Part shown: positions 1 through 12,199 of the stretch, piece by piece
Position numbering within the stretch: position 1 is the first letter of the stretch
Layout: every line of letters starts with the position of its first letter
NCBI GenBank assembly: GCA_001662655.1
Contig: KV460269.1
Source of the DNA: Pseudogymnoascus verrucosus
Lineage: Eukaryota
Strand: one strand, 5' to 3'
Length of the DNA stretch: 64,000 nucleotides
Translations under genes and position numbers: made by a program
Notes under the pieces: generated by a model
What the model was told of the DNA's origin: nothing
What the model saw: the letters and a program-made list of their open reading frames with translations, nothing else
Databases searched by the model: none

Positions 1-797
1 AGGAGTACTGCAAGGAACACAACATTATAACTCTCTGCATGCCTGCTCATTCTTCCCATATACTCCAACCGCTTGATATTAGCTGTTTTGGCCCTTTAAA
101 AAAGGCTTACGGTCGGCAAATTGAAGATATGATGCGAGCTCATATTTCTCACATTACTAAGGATGACTTCTTTCCTGCCTTCCACGCTGCATTTAACATT
201 GCAATGACAGAAAGTAACATTCAAGGAGGCTTCTGAGGTGCTGGACTTCTTCCATTCGACCTAAATAGAGTGATCTCTACACTTGATCTTAAGTTAAAGA
301 CACCAACACCTCCAAGCTCCCGCCCTAGTACCGCTCAACCTTGGGTTTCCCAGACGCCAAACAACCTAATTAAAGCTATGTTACAGTCTACATTTATTAA
401 AACTCGGATTTCACGCCATCAAAATAGCTCTCCAACCTCAATCTATGCAGCTATTGACCAGTTTACAAAGGGCGCATCGCAAATAATGCATCAATTAGCA
501 TTATTAAAGGCAGAGAACCAAAACCTACGACAGGCAAATGAAGTACTAAGCAAGCGCCGGAGGGCAAAAAAAACACGCCTACGGCAAGGAGGATCACTTA
601 GTCAACAGGATGCGCGGGATCTACAGGATGAGAGGGACGTTATGCAGCAAGTAGAGCAGGAAATAAGGGCAAGTGGTCGTCGCAAGCCGAGGGAAGAAAC
701 CCGTGCTCGTCGCTGTGGAAAATGTGGTGGGACTAAGCATAATGCGCGCACTTGTCAGATTGAAATAGACACGTCTGAGGAAGAGGTCTCCGAGTAG
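1..797 (+). pseudogene. DDE transposase C-terminal portion with an in-frame stop
   Basis: ORFs 39-236 and 270-797 share a frame. TGA at 234-236 interrupts GGF*GAGLLPFD, where R is usual in the family. Confidence 0.85.
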
Positions 798-859
798 TTT
801 TAATTGATTTCTAGTATTGTGGTAGATTTATCACAATTCATATGGGGTAGTTGCGATAT

Positions 860-903
860 TTTTGCACATTCGCTTGTTTTGCACATTCGCTATACATGTA
901 CGT
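860..903 (+). repeat. Putative right TIR with two internal 15-bp direct repeats (TTTTGCACATTCGCT)
   Basis: Repeats at 860-874 and 877-891, terminal ACGT. The left TIR is outside the window. Confidence 0.75.
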
Positions 904-1987
904 TAATTAAAGTTCATAGATATAAATGAAGCAAGATAGAATTTACCACCTTTTATCCATGGCAACCGAGGGTAGCTGTACTGAGATGAGCATCGTAGCA
1001 TGGCTTCTGAAAGATCTGCCGGGGTTTGCGGGGATCTGGGGATATTGCGGGGGATCTTCGGGGTTCTAGGTTCTAGCACACGGCTGCCAAAGGTGTCATG
1101 AGATAGGCTTTATCCCCGCACCAATTTCTTTAAGGGTAAAGTAAGTCCTGCATATGGGTATTGACTATACGCGTATTTAAAGCTATACGCGTATTTAAGC
1201 TTGTAAGTTATAACAAAATAGTCATTACTAGCGGGGTAAAAGTGATCCGTCCATAAGCGTATTTGTTGTAAATTAAACTTCCATCCTACCACATCACCGC
1301 GCCAGTGATACAGATTCTCTCGTAGATTGTAGTCAGAATACATCAGGGGCTGCCTTCTTTGAATTTCCAGATATTTTTTTATTCTTTGACCAAGTCTGCT
1401 GTGGCCGGTGCTGAAGGGAGTCTACTCGTACTTGAAGTGGGAGCGGAGCTGGCAATGATACTCTCGTTCTCGATAGGAGACACAGAAAAGAATGAGGGTG
1501 AGTGGTGATGGTATAATGCGGCACCAGCTAGCTCCATCACACCGCCATTCCCAGAACTCATTGGTTTCCTTCTGTTGTATGACATGGTGGTGTGTGAGTG
1601 TTGCTGGTCCTCCCCTCCCCTTTTTCAAAGTGAAAAGGGTAGACTACCTGCAATCGAATCCGGCAAGAAAAAGGCAAAAAGACAGATAACATGTAGATAT
1701 TCGCTAGTATTCATCCAACACTACCAATTTAAGCAATCACTTCCTTTTTCTTTGCTTGGTAATATCTAGCTGTGTGGGTGAGCTCCCTCAGTTATGAGCC
1801 TAGATTCTCAGGCCACAGGGACCCGCGAAAGCCCCATATCGGCCCCATATCGGCTGTGCCCATGAAACTAGTAACGTTCAACACACTGTTACTAACACCG
1901 ACTCGATTTCAGCTGCAATCAACCCTAGTTTTCGGTTCCTAGGAGCTAGTAGCAAGACATTTTTGCTATGATCTCGCCGGAGTCTTT

Positions 1988-4056
1988 ATGTCTAAGCGGG
2001 AGAGAGCAGGGGCGTGCAAGAATTGCCGGTAGGTGACGACGGGTCGACATCATCGCCCCCTGTGCCACTGGATAATAAGACGAGAGCAAAGTTAAAATCA
2101 GTCTTCTTAGGGTGCGCAAACGGCGATGTACTCCTACGGCCCTAGGTCGGTCTTGCCAGCTTTGCAACCAGCTCGCAATGCCGTGCAATCTAGTCACAAG
2201 CTTTGTCCGTGATACGCAGACCCATGTTAGACATGGTGATGGTGGTTCGCGGACACTGCAGAGCAGCGTCGATGCAGGCACTGCAGTTGCTCCTCAGTCT
2301 TTACTTTCGACGTTGATAATCCCATCCTCCCCATACCAAGCATTGCTGGTGTCATCCCAGAACGACTTGCGCGCTAAATCTCGGGAAGAGGCGTCCACGA
2401 GCCTGCTCCCTGGCGGCCAGGTATTGAGAGAGGTAGTTGATATCTACTTCCAGCTCATCCACAATTACCCCCATACCCTCTTTTACAAACCTGGGTTTTG
2501 GGCGGATGTAGAGTCCGGGGAGATCCCGGAGATGATCCTTCTAGGTATGATTGCGCTTTCACTGCGGTAAGTATTCTCACGAGTCTTTGGCGCTGTACGT
2601 CGTCCCTAGGCAGAGGCTAATTGGATCAATAAGTTTCTCACGCAATGAGTGCTTTCGGCCCTTTGATCCGCGTTCCCGGGGTAAGGAATTCGCAGACGAA
2701 GCTAGGCGTCATATCCATATCCAGATGATGAATCCTTCGGTTGCTACTGTCCAAGCCTGCGTTCTTATCGGCCATTACCTCGGTGGTGAGGGCGATGTCA
2801 AGAGTAAACATATCTACCTTGGTCTTGCACGACTCCATGCCCAAGCCATCAGACTATGGGAGATGCCGGTAGACTCGACGATTGTGTCGAGAGAAGTCCG
2901 GCGACGAACATGGCTGTCCGTCATCATAGCCGAAAATTGGAGCGCAACGGATATGTCCACCCAGCCTGTGCTATCTAGTGAGCACGACATGCTATTCCCC
3001 ATCATGGACGAGGTCGAGTTCTTGACTCTTCAACCTGCCGCGTTTAGGGACGGGCTAAACTTCCAGTCCTCACAACGGTGCATGTGGGCCCAGATGGCAG
3101 CCACCATCGATGTTTTCCGCCAGATCAGCGCCATGATCTCGAAGCTCAGTCTAACTCTCCGCACTCTGGATTCTTACCGGAGCGAGATTTCAGATCTCTC
3201 ACAGCGGCTAGATCACTGGGACCAGCGCCTACCTCCAGAACTCCAGTACTCGATGGACAACCTGGTTTACTTTGGAAATGCTGGCCTCGGCCTCACATTC
3301 CTTGGCATGCACATGGGGTACCACCATTTTCGCCAACTACTGTACTATCCTTTCCTCAACTCTCAGGCCAACCACGATATAGCACTCCCGCCTCGCCTAC
3401 TATCGGGTGACATGAATTATGCACGGCTTTGCAAGAAGCACGCCCTGGCCATCTCTGACCTTGTTAAACTCGGTTTCGAAACCAGCGACTGCAACCCCGT
3501 GTACTTCCTTACGGGACATATACTGGTCGTCAGCTCTAGCATCCACCTTCATACTCTACTGTTTGGAGAGGATCAGGCGGCAGCGGATGTTGCGCGCGAG
3601 CGACTGGTCTCGAATTTTGAGATCTTGATGCAGCTTAAGATGTACTGGCCGGTCATTGATTCTTCGGTGGCTCGCCTTCGAGAATTCCAAAACAGCAGGC
3701 GCTTATCAGTTTCTGACTCGTTTGTGCTGGATAACTGGATGCTCAAATTCCTCATGGAACACACTGCGAACCTGGGTCCCGACAGCCACCCAATCCCACA
3801 GACTCAAGATCCACCTCTACATTTCGATCTTGAAGTCGTCCCATTTTCAGGTCCCTCTGATCCTCTCCAGATTGGCAACCAGCCGGTTGTAGGAGAAGGG
3901 GCTGGTATGTCAGAACTGGAACCTGAGAATCTCAGCGGACTTGCTACGAGTAGTTTAAGTACGCTGTTGCAAGATAAGAGTATGAGCAACGAGGCAGTGG
4001 TAGATAATGCGCTACATTGGTTATTAGATCAAGATCTAAAGGCGTCCGAATATTGA
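1988..4056 (+). CDS. Zn(II)2Cys6 fungal transcription factor with fungal-specific TF middle domain
   Basis: Introns 2029-2110 and 2567-2633. Splicing gives CKNCRVRKRRCTPTALGRSCQLCNQLAMPC; EVRRRTW motif in the middle region. Confidence 0.92.
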
Positions 4057-4211
4057 CCACAGTCTTACGAGTTAGAAAATTAAACGACGGCGCTGGAAAG
4101 TTAGCATTTAGAACTAATACGAGATCGAATCATAATAGATGTATAAATATCAATATAATTTAATTTAAGATGTATCACAAGCGACATAATTCTATCCAAG
4201 TAAAAATAACC

Positions 4212-7200
4212 CTACAGATACCCCTTAATACTCCCCCTATCCCATCCTTTCCCCGCCGCAGCCTTCTCATCCGTCATCAACACCCTCACCGCCGTCAGCA
4301 CCCCCATCTCCCTAATCGTATACTCATAACTCCACCACTCACCCGCCGTCCGGAACGCATCCGGACCATACCACTTCGTCAATCCCTCCGGCAGATGCAG
4401 CGCGCCAAACGCATGGTCGCGATTCCCATACGCCGTAATCTGCAGTTTATACTCCCCCGCCGACAGCTCTCCGAGATCAAGAGTGTGCGGCTGGAAGGCG
4501 ATGGCGCCCACGTCGCGGCCGTCGAGCTGCACGGCGAGGAGTGGGGCCACAAAGCGCGGGACTTGGATTGCGGTGCGCTGGGGTCTGGGTCCTTCGACAC
4601 GGAGCGTAAAGTCGTAATGCACATTCCCGACGTAGAAGGGTAGCCCCTGCCTTGTGTAGTCGCCCACAGCTAGTTTGTCGAGTACGAGAGGAACGATGGT
4701 CGCTTTTCGACCGCGTAGATCGACGCCGAATTCTCCGAGGATGTAGACGCGCTCGAGGTTTGTGGCGGGGCCGAAGGGGAGGGATAGGATGAGCTCATGG
4801 GAGCCAGCTGGGATGGGTGGGAGGGGGATCGTGGAGATACTTTCGTCGACCCAGTAACCGCTGGACGAGGCAACGACGGGAGCGCCATCGAGGGAGATGG
4901 TAGCTATGGCAGCGTTCTCAAGCGCAAGATGCGCGCCCCGCACATCGACGGTCGAAGTGAAGTTGAAGCGCAGAGATATCGTATTTGTGGGCGCGGACTT
5001 GGGAGTCGTCCATGGCTGTGCGAATGCGTCTTTCTTTTGGCGTAGGCCGAGATTCTCGCGTGCGATGTTGTCGATGCGGAGGATCTCTTCAGGCGCTTCC
5101 CAGTCGACATCGTTGTTGAGTTTGTGGGATGCGATGTCTAGGAGCAGAACGTTGGGCTCGGATAGTGAGGCTGCACAGTCCACAAGCTCGTGTGAGACTG
5201 TCCAGGCTGGGATTTCAAGGGCCGAGAGGCACGGCTCGTGAGTCACGGGGTAGAGACGGAGGAGGAGTGAGGCACAGCCGTCGAAGTGATGGTGGAATCG
5301 TGTCCATCCTTCGACTACGTCGGTTTTGAAGCTATACGACTTGCCGGAGAAGGTATCCAAAAGCGTTGCGGACCATGCCCCTCGAATATCCACCCTGCAT
5401 TTGCTTGGTTTAACACGATCAGTGTTGCAGATAAATAAATAGCCCTCTTCACCATCAGCTCTCATCTGGTACAGTAGCTTATCGGCTTCCATGCCAGTGT
5501 CTAGGACGATCTTCACATCGCGAACAGTCTCGAGCTCGCGAAGGATATCTAGTCTGGTAAATGGAACGCGTGCAGCAGAGAGAGATTTGGGCTGTAACGA
5601 TGCCTCAACGTCCACGAGCGAAGGGTCTGATCCTGCGACAATTACCCTGCCACTTCCCTTAGCGAAGTCTTCCAGGATCTGTAGCGTAGTGCTGCGGATA
5701 GTTCTCAAGTTTGGTACAATCACCACATCGTATTGTTGTACGCCTACGCACAATTTGCCATTCTCCGTGCGTGGGTTTTGTTCAGGCCTGCTAATTATCA
5801 GTCTATGACGTTTCCGGGGGTGCAATGCTATACTTACAGCAGAGACTCCGAGATGAAGTCAAAATCCACAAGGCCGTAGCATAACCAGTCTGTCAGATCG
5901 GAGAATTGGCGATCTCGCTCATCCTGGTCCACAGAAGTCTCGTTCGGTCCAAAGGAAAGCCAGAAGCTCTCAACCGGATGTATCACTGCTACTCTTACCA
6001 CTGGGGTTCCTCTCGTTAATGCCGTATTCACTCTCGCAAAATGATTCTCAATCAGCGGGTACTCCTTATACCAGGGGCTCTGATATCCAATTGCAGCAGG
6101 ATAATCACGCTTGGCCTCGCCTGCCATTGTGACCCAAGCTAGATGATGTGCTCGAACATTGATTCCCAAAGCTGCCTGCCAGTCACCGCAGCCTTTGTGA
6201 CCTTCAAATGTAAACGTCCAGTTTGTCACGCCATATATTTCGGACAACACCCCGCACCTTCCGTACTGGCGAGAGACGGATTGGGCCTGTTTCGCAGTCG
6301 TGAATTCTCTACGATCGCAGAGCAGATCAATGCCGGGTAAATGCATGTTGCGATAGCAGCGCATCGCTTCGCCGAGGGAGCTAGTTTGGGATCTCAAACT
6401 TGCTTCTTTCATCATGTGGCCGGTGAGAGCAATACCGTTGGTGCTGCACCAGTTGCCGAGGAGATCGATAAATGAGGTTACGAACCGTGTGCAAACTTTA
6501 GCAAGATTAGCAGAGGCTTAGAGATTGCATCATAGAGTTAATTACCATGATCATGATAGTTATATCTGGTTTTCGATGGACCCTTGGTATCCCAAACAAC
6601 CTCGGGAAGGAAATCTAGCAAGTTGGAGCTATATGCATCTTGATAGGTATGTGGTAGATCTAGAGTCCACGGAAGGAATATGTCTCGTTTTCCGTGAGCA
6701 AGCTTGAGCTGATTCTTCAGTGCGAATTGTGGCTCATCAGTGAAGATCGCCGGGACAGTCTTTCCAAATTCGCCGCCCACCGCTTTCTTGTATGGCTCAT
6801 ATGTAAGATCTACAAATCTCTGCATGGCTGGCGCCGATAGTGTATCGACGTAGTAGGATCCGTTGAACCACTCGGATGGTGGGTTGGTCTCGACATAGGC
6901 GTACCAAACACCCTCGAAATCCTCTTCGCTGTCTTCAAGTCGCCGGCTTTCAACAAGAAATCCGTCCTTATCTAGGATAATGCTGTATCGAGCAGCAAGA
7001 AAGCCAAGTTCGCTTCTAGACGCGACAGCTGAGCACGAATGGTTCTCCCTTAAAATGCAATATTAGTAAGCGTCACATTAAGGTATCAGGTAACATACTC
7101 TGCTTGATCCGGTCTATTCGGATCACCATATTTCCACGGAGTAATCAACATATGCCTAGATCGAAATTTATCCTCGTCCTTTGTCACAAGCCCTCCCGCA

Positions 7201-7580
7201 GCACCACTTGGCCAACGATCTTCGTCGTACAGCCAGGCGAGCATGCCCTTCTCCTTAGCGCGCTCGACGCACTTTTTCACCATATGCATGAACTCCTCTC
7301 CCATATATTCGGTGTCGAGACCTACTCTAGAATGCATATGGAAGCCTCCGAGCCCCATCTCCTCCATATGATCAATTTGCCGTAGCAGTTGGTCGAGGTC
7401 GAGCTTCGTGTTCCAGCTCCATAGTGGCGTGCCGCGGTATTCTGATGTGGGATTTGCGAAAAGTGAAGGGGAGAAAGGGAGACGACTTTGAGGGAAGAGA
7501 TTGAAGGATGTGGATGCGGGAGAGGTTGGCAGCTTTGAGGTTGGAATTTGCTCTGGAAGCTGTGCAACGGATGGTGCCAT
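4212..7580 (-). CDS. Large glycoside hydrolase, GH106 alpha-L-rhamnosidase-like (GH-A barrel plus beta domains), no signal peptide
   Basis: Introns 7049-7098, 6496-6545 and 5788-5837 join four ORFs. Motifs PLWSWN, GLGGFHMHSRVGL, WLYDEDRWPSGAAGG, IFTDEP, SEIYGVTNW. Confidence 0.78.
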
Positions 7581-7850
7581 GATTATTGCGGTGATAATTT
7601 CAAAGGAGGACAAGGGGATAAAACGGAAGATTGGACAGAATGACAGAAAACTTGAAAGACTTGAAAGACTTAAGAGACACTCTTCATATATGGAATATGT
7701 AATTGTGGAATTTGTACCAGACTAGCCAATGAGATATACATTATGTAGATTGGCCCCGTTCGGTGTATTAGCTTGCGAAAGGAGCAGGCTCTCTTTGGGC
7801 TTTTGGCCACAGAATAGAGTCGAAACGAGATTACGTCGACCTGCAAGATA

Positions 7851-8423
7851 CCCCGCAAGGTAGAAGACTTCCAGAGCCGCGCATGTAGTGCATAGCCCTC
7901 CGGGATATTATATTCGGGCGGGAAACTCTTGAGGTTATTGGTTGTTCGCCGCCGGCGATGGCGCGTCCTTGGCTTTTAACGGGGAACCCCCCAGAATTCC
8001 AACCCAGATCCCCAAATTCCCCGTCTACCACATGTCTGCGCAATGCCGATCATGCGGGGAACTATGGGGAGGTGCAGAGTGCTGAGAATCTCACCCGCGA
8101 TCTTGGGCTTTCTTAGAATGCAATCCATCATCGCCCCTGTTGTTTCCCACAGTAGCTCGTCTTCGCCTAGTGTGGTGGGGTTTGCGGGCGGCAAAATCGT
8201 GATATTACTGGACAAACGCCGCCTTTAGGAGGAGCACTGTCCCTTAACCGCCTTAGTGTAGAGATCCGGAGGTTTGGTGTGGGGAAGTGGGGTTTTGGTA
8301 GATAGAAAATCCCTGGTCTGGTGGATTTTTCTCCCTCTTACCCCCATTTCCGTCTAAGAGCTAGGCTAGATTCGAGTCAATTGGGACTGCCATTGATGTA
8401 GTTGTGTAAGTGAGGTTGCGGGG
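7851..8423. promoter_or_regulatory. Bidirectional promoter with clustered CreA/Cre1 (SYGGRG) consensus sites
   Basis: Matches at about 7851, 7898, 7989 (reverse) and 8054, 8175, 8266, 8279, 8287, 8418 (forward), between the divergent GH and transporter genes. Confidence 0.55.
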
Positions 8424-8648
8424 GAATGAGGCGTTCCGTACCATAATGCTCGTGCTACTCAATCCAAATTCTCGGACAACTCTCTCGAAGCACATTAACC
8501 CGATGATGCGAAGCCTGCAATTAAGAGAGTATCCCTTTTTGGCCGTGCGACGGGACGTCTGGATATCATCAGAATTGATATTTAAAGGGTGTTGATCGCC
8601 GCATGTTCTCGCCTTTGTTATGCGCAAGGCATCTCTAAGTGTTTAATC

Positions 8649-10391
8649 ATGGGTTATTATATCATAATCGTGGCATTGGTCGTCGCCATCGGCGGCTTTG
8701 TGTTTGGTGTTGATTCCGGCATCATGGGCACAACTCTTGGTCATAATACATTCAAGCTGTATATGCTAGGCCCAACGATGAAGAATCCATCGTTAATTGG
8801 TATATATACTCTCGACAATTTATTAACACCAAATGGCTAACGTTGTTGTAGGGGCAATCGTTTCACTATACAATACTGGACAAGCACTTGGAACCTTTAT
8901 AACAGGTTATTCAGCGGACAGATTTAGTAGAAGGTGGACAATTTGCGCAGCTGGCATTATATGTAAGGGCAAAATAGGCTTTTATTCCATGAACAAGTTC
9001 TAACACCCTACAGCAACCATTGGTGCAGCCTTGCAATCTGGGGCCGCAAATGTTGGGATGATGATCGCTGGTAGATTCATTGCCGGTCTTGGTTGTGGGA
9101 TGATTCTCACAGTCGTTCCCGTATACATCGCTGAAGTGTCGCCGCCCAAACAGCGAGGTATGATTGTGGGACTTCAGGGAATGATGATCTCCATCGGTTT
9201 CTTCACAGCAAATTGTGTGTTCAATTCCCCCAAACATACATCGATTACAACTGACAGTAGATTGTAGGGATAGGATATGGAGGGGATTTTGCGACGGGAG
9301 ACGCACAATGGCGCATTCCGCTTGCTATGCAAATCCCAGGAGCCATTTGTCTCTCCATCGGTTGTTTTTTTATCCCATATAGTCCTCGATGGTGTACGTA
9401 TAAATTGACTTCCGCTGTTTGTGCCAATGGCTAATAGGAGGCTGTAGTAATCCAGAAGGAGCGTTATGAGGAAGCTAAGAAAAGTATATCAACCAGCTCC
9501 TGTAACAGCAATAACCTAGCTAACCTCGAAACAGCTCTACTTGCCCTTTACGGAGATAAAGGAGAAGATTTTCTCAGCCAAGAGTTCTCGCAGATCCACG
9601 ACCAAATTCAACTCGAGCAGACTGCCAGCCGCACAAAGTTCCTGAAAGCTGCCGGGGAGCTCTTCTCCCGACGTTACATCCGGCGCACCGGCACGGCTTG
9701 TTTCATTCTCATGATGGGCCAGTTGAGCGGCTCAACGGTGATCCAGAATTACCAAAACACGTTCTACGCCGCCGTGGGCTTTACTGGGCGGACCGCGCTG
9801 CTAATCAGCGGTGTGTACGGTATCATGGGCGTTATAGGCCAAGTAATCTACCTCGTCGCTGTTGCTGATAAGTGGCCGCGCACCCGCACACTCTGGGTTG
9901 GCTCATTCTTCCTCTGCGTCATGATATCGATCTGCATGGCTCTGTCCGCACAATTTCCGGCAGGAACAACTAGCATTGCAGGTCCCCGCGCCGCTATCGC
10001 GTTCATCTTCATCTACTCCTGCGGCTATGCAGTATTCTTTAACGCCATGGTCTGGGTTGTGCCCTCTGAGCTATTCCCATTTTTTCTCCGCACCAAAGGC
10101 CTCGGATTAGCGGTATTTTCGAAGTCCGTCGTTGCTATTGTTTTGGCACAGATCACACCAGTGGCGATTCAGAACGTAGGATGGAGGTACTACGCCCTAT
10201 TCATTGCGACAAATTTTGCGGCGGCTTTCGTGTACTACTTTTTCCTTCCGGAGACTATGGGGAAATCGCTAGAAGAGATTGCGGAGCTCTTCGGGGATGC
10301 GGTCGTGACAGAGCACCAAGGCGACATCGATAATATAGAGAAAGAGAAGGATGTTATTCCTCAGAGCAAGCATGCTGAGACATCGGTCTAA
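8649..10391 (+). CDS. MFS sugar porter family transporter
   Basis: GGFVFGVDSG, DRFSRR, GRFIAGLG, PVYIAEVSPPKQRG, WVVPSELFP and PETMGKSLEEI motifs; about five GT-AG introns between 8800 and 9534. Confidence 0.93.
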
Positions 10392-10926
10392 GGAGGAACA
10401 TAAGTGTGGACTGGCTTCTGTTCGACTTGCAACTTCAACCTATTATCCTCATAGTCGACACATGCCCCTTCGTGCCAGTCTGGATTAAGTCGGCAAGTCT
10501 CCGTATTCTAGGAAGTGACAGTTACTTATTGCTCTTATTTCAATGTTGAGAGCGACTTTTATGTAGTTTCTTTGGTATATTTTATCATCAAATAATATAT
10601 CCATATATATGTTAAAACAAATCTAACTTAACGATTTGAAATGGTCACGTATTTAATGATATCAGTTCTCCTGGTGCAGATTCTCTTAATGGAATGGCTG
10701 GTCTCAATATTAGTCTTATAGAACTGTCTGCTCGTGAGTCCGATGAACTCTAGGCTCGGGAAGCTGAGAAGATATCGGGATATGCCTTGGCCCCGGTTAT
10801 GACACATACTCATCGGACAAAACAATTTATTCCCATACGATATTACTATGGCAAAGTATTCTGTAAGGTCCATGCTGCGCGGTTGACGCTCAACGGGGCA
10901 AGAGTGCTTATCTGGCGCCATCTCAT

Positions 10927-12199
10927 TTACCAGGTATAGAGAAAGGGAAGACCATACTTCATCTGCCTCTTCCGAGCCCACTGCCAACATTCGGGGGTTT
11001 GCAGGTTGAATCCCCTCATATGCTGATATTTGATAGGCATACGTACGTCGACTCCGGTTCTTGTAAGAGTATTTGGTCCTACCTGAGGCTCAGAACTAGG
11101 GAAATGCGGCTCTCTAGGTGCATCAAAGTAATGTAATCGCTTTTCCCAGAGGTCATTAAGATGCAGATAATCTAGTTGCTCCGTGTCCTTGACTAGGTAA
11201 TCAAGGATGAGCCGAAACTCGCCTGGGCGGCAAAGGTGTACCTCTTCCATCTCTAAGCCGTTGAGCTGCCTCTGGCGTAGAAAAGAAAGGAGTGCAGCCT
11301 CAGAAGTCCTAATCCCCCTTAGAGTGCATCGCTTTAAAAGTGGAAATCGACCCGATTGTATAACGCGGTCGAAAAAAAACTGCTCCTCGGACATCGCACG
11401 TGATAACTTGGATTAGCATAACCTGAACCAGTGGAGGTGAAGATCTTCGAGTACAGAACTACAATGTTTTAGGAAATTGCAGATAGCCATTGTGTGTCGT
11501 TCGCCAGTTATGAGAGCTTGCATTTCGTCGCTTTATTTATCTAGGTCTTTTCCTAGCTTATACACCATATGGTGCGATAGGCTCATCGATAGCCGCTTTA
11601 ACCGTTGTAATGAAGTGTATAGATCGATTTCTTGAATCGTCACTAGTCGATCAAGAGATAAACTGCAGCATGTGACACCGCTAAAAACGTCAAGAGACTC
11701 GATCGGAAGTTCGCTCGCACTAAGTGCATGCATCGTGGCCTCGAAGCAGTCTCCTGCAGTCTCCCAGACTGTCGTCCACTTACTACTGTCTTTTATCCAC
11801 CTGCACGTTTCAAACTTGATTCCATCTTGAACCACAAGAGACGCACAGATGGTAGGCAGGCACCTGATAAGCCGAGATGTAAGTTCTTCATAGACTGCCC
11901 AAGAGCATAGCAGCATCTTCTTGATTGCGAGGTTCTGGAAGGCCAACTAAAGTGTGATGTTTAAGAAGGTAACCGAATCCCTGCCGTTGAGTCACTGACA
12001 CAGCTCGTTGATGCTGCTCGCTCGCACTCATCGTAACCGTCTTGTTATAGAAGTGGCTTTTGAAAATGCCTTGAGATGACTTCGCATTAACTCCACGCCC
12101 TGTTAATCGAAGGCTGCATATGTCAGAGAGTGTGAGTAGAGCGACAATGCTATCTATAATCTCTACCGGCAAGCCATCAAGCCTTGGGCATAAATCCAT
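10927..12199 (-). pseudogene. F-box-like protein pseudogene
   Basis: N-terminal LDGLPVEIIDSIVALL..DICSLRLT F-box motif. At least one frameshift near 11850-11900 and in-frame TAA stops at 11533-11535 and 11413-11415, with no intron signals that would remove them. Confidence 0.7.

Larger units (their letters stand above)
1..903 (+). mobile_element. 3' part of a Fot1/pogo-like (Tc1/mariner superfamily) DNA transposon, truncated by the window edge
   Basis: Transposase motif PAHSSHILQPLD..CFGPLKKAY and C-terminal CCHC knuckle (CGKCGGTKHNARTC). The element ends ...TACATGTACGT (ACGT 900-903) followed by TA (904-905, expected target-site duplication). Confidence 0.9.

Noticed and set aside
4170..5330. 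GC-rich 3' end of the glycosidase, with antisense ORFs, as a chimera or HGT junction
   Set aside because: Similar GC-rich 3' ends occur in native genes here (SEC24, HEM4, MAPK); the antisense ORFs follow from codon bias.
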